Shown piece by piece: positions 60,704-64,000 of a DNA stretch of 64,000 bases. Numbering within the stretch: position 1 is the first letter of the stretch; each line of letters starts with the position of its first letter. Position numbers and translations under genes: made by a program. The notes beneath the pieces are model-generated. The model worked only from the letters and a program-made list of their open reading frames with translations. It had not been told where the DNA came from and did not search any database. The stretch lies in the NCBI RefSeq assembly GCF_009914755.1, contig NC_060946.1; one strand, 5' to 3'. The DNA is from the human T2T-CHM13v2.0 reference genome, Homo sapiens.

Positions 60704-61067
60704 TGTCTTAGTCTGTTCAGGCTGTTGACAAAATACTGTCAGCTGGGTGGCTTATAAACCACAGAATTTTTTTTCTCATAGTTCTGGAGGCTTAGAAGTT
60801 TAAGATCAAGATGCTGGCAGACTTGGTGTCTGGTAAGGGCCCGTTTCCTGGTTCCTAGATGGCTGTCTTCTCACTGTATCCTCACATGGCAGAAGGGGGA
60901 AGGGAGATCTCTGGGTCTCTTTTAATAGGGGCATTAATCCTATTCATGAGGGTTCCATCTTTATTACCTAAGCACTTCCCAAAGGCCCCACCTCCTAATA
61001 TAATCACATTGGTGATTATGTTGCAACATGTGAATACTGGGTGGATACAAGCATTCAGACCATTGTA
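60704..61067 (-). mobile_element. MLT1A0 solo LTR inserted in a MIR
   Basis: tgtcttagtctgttcaggctg...ggtgtctggtaagggcccgtttcctgg...cattcagaccattgta. Confidence 0.9.
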
Positions 61068-61959
61068 TGAGTGAATCTGCACAACTCAATGACAGAGGTA
61101 TTATTATCATTATTATTATTATCTACCTTTTATAGCCAAAGATGCTGAACAAAGGCATTAAGTAAATTTCACAAGGTGATACAGCTAGTAGGTCACTCCA
61201 GCAGTGGGTAACTTCAGAACACTCTGGGCAGTACCTTTTCTCCTGATGGCCACAGAGACCCTGCTGCTCCCCTGGGCCAGGTCTGGGCAGCTACCAAAGA
61301 CTCACCCGATGTGACATCTGCCCAAACAATGTCTGAGACTTTCTTCAGAACTCCTGACCTCTTCTTCTGACCCTTCAGCCCACTGACTGTTACTGTAGGC
61401 CTGCAGTTTGCCTTCTGACCCTCAGTTTCTGTATCTGTCAAATGAGGGAGTTGTACCCAAGCACTCCTGAGATTCTGAATCCCTACATTGCAGGAGAGGC
61501 TGTTGGGATGAACTGAGCAGCAAAAAGAAGGCCTCTGGGCCCTCCCTGAGAGCCTGAGCATTTTGGAGGGAGCTCCTGACCTCACTTTGTGAGTCACTGC
61601 TTGTTTCAGGGAGAGCACTGTCTTCTGGCTCTCCTCTCCTCCCGCTGGCACCCTTGTTTGAAATTCATTCCTACAGGATTATCTGGCAAAGTGCGTGACC
61701 CTGGGCTCCAAGGGGTCCTCAGGACAAGTTTAGGCAGAGTGGAAGCATAGCTCTGTGATTCTAGTGAACAGCTGAGATTGCTTCCAGGCAGCAGTGAAGC
61801 CGGGATATTTATGGGAGAAAGATCCTTTGCCCCTTCTTAAATTAATTGCACTTGACAGGGGTCAGCCCTCCTTCACCCCCAGAATCCATCGCAGTGAGGG
61901 AGGTTGTTCTCCCCTCTGCACAGACAAAACCCAACAAGGATGTCGTGAGCTGCCTCAGA

Positions 61960-62200
61960 CGAGGTATCTGACATCAGGTTGGAGGACCTGAATTCCAGTT
62001 TTGACTCTTTCACGGCCAGTGTGGTGGTCTTGGCCAAGTCACATTGTCTCTCTGTGGCTCAGGTCCCATCTGGAAGATGGAAATAATATTTTCCTTACAG
62101 AGTAATAGTGAGAAACATGAAACAATGAGCAGGTGAAAGCTTCACCCAAAGCGCCCTGGACCCATGTAAGTGCTCAATGCATGTGAAGAATGAATGAAAG
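61960..62200 (+). mobile_element. MIR
   Basis: cttggccaagtcac...catctggaagatggaaataata...gtaagtgctcaat. Confidence 0.7.
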
Positions 62201-63418
62201 TAGAGGGATATTTGGGCCCAATGAGGAAGACTCTTTGAGGAGTCATACCTGTCCCAGGAAGGGGTCTTCTGGCTCTGAAGGTCATGAGATCTCATTTACT
62301 TGGTCAGACTAAGGTAGGACAGCCACTTGGCACTTGGGTAAGTTTCTTCATCTGTTTTGTTCATGGCTCTGTGTTGCTTATATTTCAGCACCTGGCACAG
62401 CACAAAATAGGTGCTCAAGAAATGCCTGGATGAACGAATGATTTGACAGAATGAATTGACGCAGTGGATGGGGTGCAGGGTTAGGCTGGAGAGTGTTTAA
62501 ACTTGCTTCCAGTTCAGAGACTTTATGAATGTTTGAACTTTAGAGGGGGCCTTAACAACAGTATTCTCTATGCTTTCATGAATTAACCACTGCCCAGCCT
62601 TAGCCATCTCAGGCAAATGCTGGTCTGAGGGAGAAAGACAAAGACCATCTCTTCCTTTGGGTTACCTGGAGAGGGTGTTCGGAGAAGGAAATAGGGCTGT
62701 TTATGGAAGAAATGACCTTTTCTGCCCTTTGTGCCACCTGCCCACCCCCACTTCTGAGGATCAGGACTCTGAGACAGGGAGAGGGGAGGTTCCTTCCTAT
62801 TGGACACACTTGACCCTCTTCTGTTAATTCACTTGGCTTTCTGAGACTGCTGAACATGCTTCAATCTTCCCCTACAGTTGGCATTTGTGTCTATGCAGAG
62901 AGCATGGTTGGAGAGATTAGAGGGAGGAGATACTGACAGGAGGGCAGAAACAACAGCTTCCTGCTCATCTCTACAAGGCAGAGTGATTTTCAGCCAGGTT
63001 TTTCTTCCTCCCAGACACCCCAGCCTCCCTAAGTTCTCTCCCTGGTCATCCACTGCTCTTATCTGCATTTCCTCAGGCCCAGGGAGTATCTGAGAAGGGA
63101 GAACTATAAATTATGCTGTCAAATTGGATGGTACAAGAAGGTGGCAAGGAGATGAGAGGCAGGGCCTTTCCAGATAGCAACCAGATGAAAACAGGTTATA
63201 AATAAGGCATGGGGGGCCACCGTCTACACACTCTGTCCTTGACTTCTGTACGCAGGCTCCATGTTCTTGGCAGCCAGCCAAAGGCCGGTCTACAGATTTA
63301 TTTCCTTACCTCGCCTGGCATGAAATTGTACTCTGGATTGCACCTGTGAGCAGCCCATTCACATTGCCTGGTTTTTGACCCAGTTCTCTTTTTCCTTTTT
63401 GTCTAAAAGGATGAGCCA

Positions 63419-63810
63419 TGTGACGAACTGAATATTTGTGTTCACCCCACACCCCTAACAAACCCTGAATTCATATATCAAAGCCCTAATCTCCAGTGTA
63501 ATGGTATTTGGAGGTGGGGCCTTTGGGAGGTAATTAGTTTTAGATTAGGTCATGACCATAGAGCCCCAATGATGGGATTAGTGTCCTTATATAAAGAGGA
63601 AGAGACTGCAGCCCACTGTCTCCCCACCAAATGAGGATACAGCAAGAAGGTGGCCATATGTAAGCCAAAAAGAGGACCCTCACCAGACACTGAGTCTGCT
63701 GGCACTGTGATCTTGTACTTCTTAGCCTCCAGAACTATGAGAAATAAAAGTATCACTTACGTTATCCAATGTGTGGTATTCTGCTCTAGCAGCCTGAGTA
63801 GACTTAGACA
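63419..63810 (+). mobile_element. MLT1A solo LTR
   Basis: ggtatttggaggtggggcctttgggaggtaattag...gcctccagaactatgagaaataaa...gacttagaca. Confidence 0.9.
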
Positions 63811-64000
63811 AGCTGCAAAAGCCAACTGGATTGTGGGCTCCATGAGGTTGAGTCCGATTTATCTTTGAAACCCTCTGGGTCTAGCTCAGCAGATGTGGTT
63901 ACAGAATAAGTAATTGTAAAATGAATGAGTGAACAATTTTTTTCCCAAAGGCAATTGCCTGTTCTTACTACCATCTTATTTCTCCAGATTGTTCCTGATC

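Overview
Human non-coding genomic DNA (intergenic or deep intronic). Human origin follows from an AluYb8-lineage insertion at ~19.95-20.27 kb. I find no supportable protein-coding exon, RNA gene, CpG island or prokaryotic system. The supplied ORFs I could assign are read-through of Alu, L1, MaLR-LTR or simple repeats; the rest are short and unsupported. The window is dominated by interspersed repeats: 18 dimer-type Alus, a FLAM monomer, a ~3.8 kb L1MA and other L1/HAL1 pieces, many L2/MIR relics, about 15 solo LTRs (MLT1, MST, THE1, LTR33, LTR10) and DNA-transposon relics (MER5, MER20, MER53, MER58A, MER63A, MER91A, Charlie4). The points most worth checking are: (i) the young AluYb insertion; (ii) several short, high-identity local copies and tail-less retroelement fragments that look like DNA-repair filler insertions; (iii) a palindromic (TACG)7 microsatellite; (iv) a MER53 hairpin carrying a miR-1302-like 21-mer; (v) repeat-free islands with clustered transcription-factor motifs. 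Repeat subfamily names come from recalled consensus sequences read by eye, and boundaries of old repeats are approximate. I see no convincing evidence of a new biological system.
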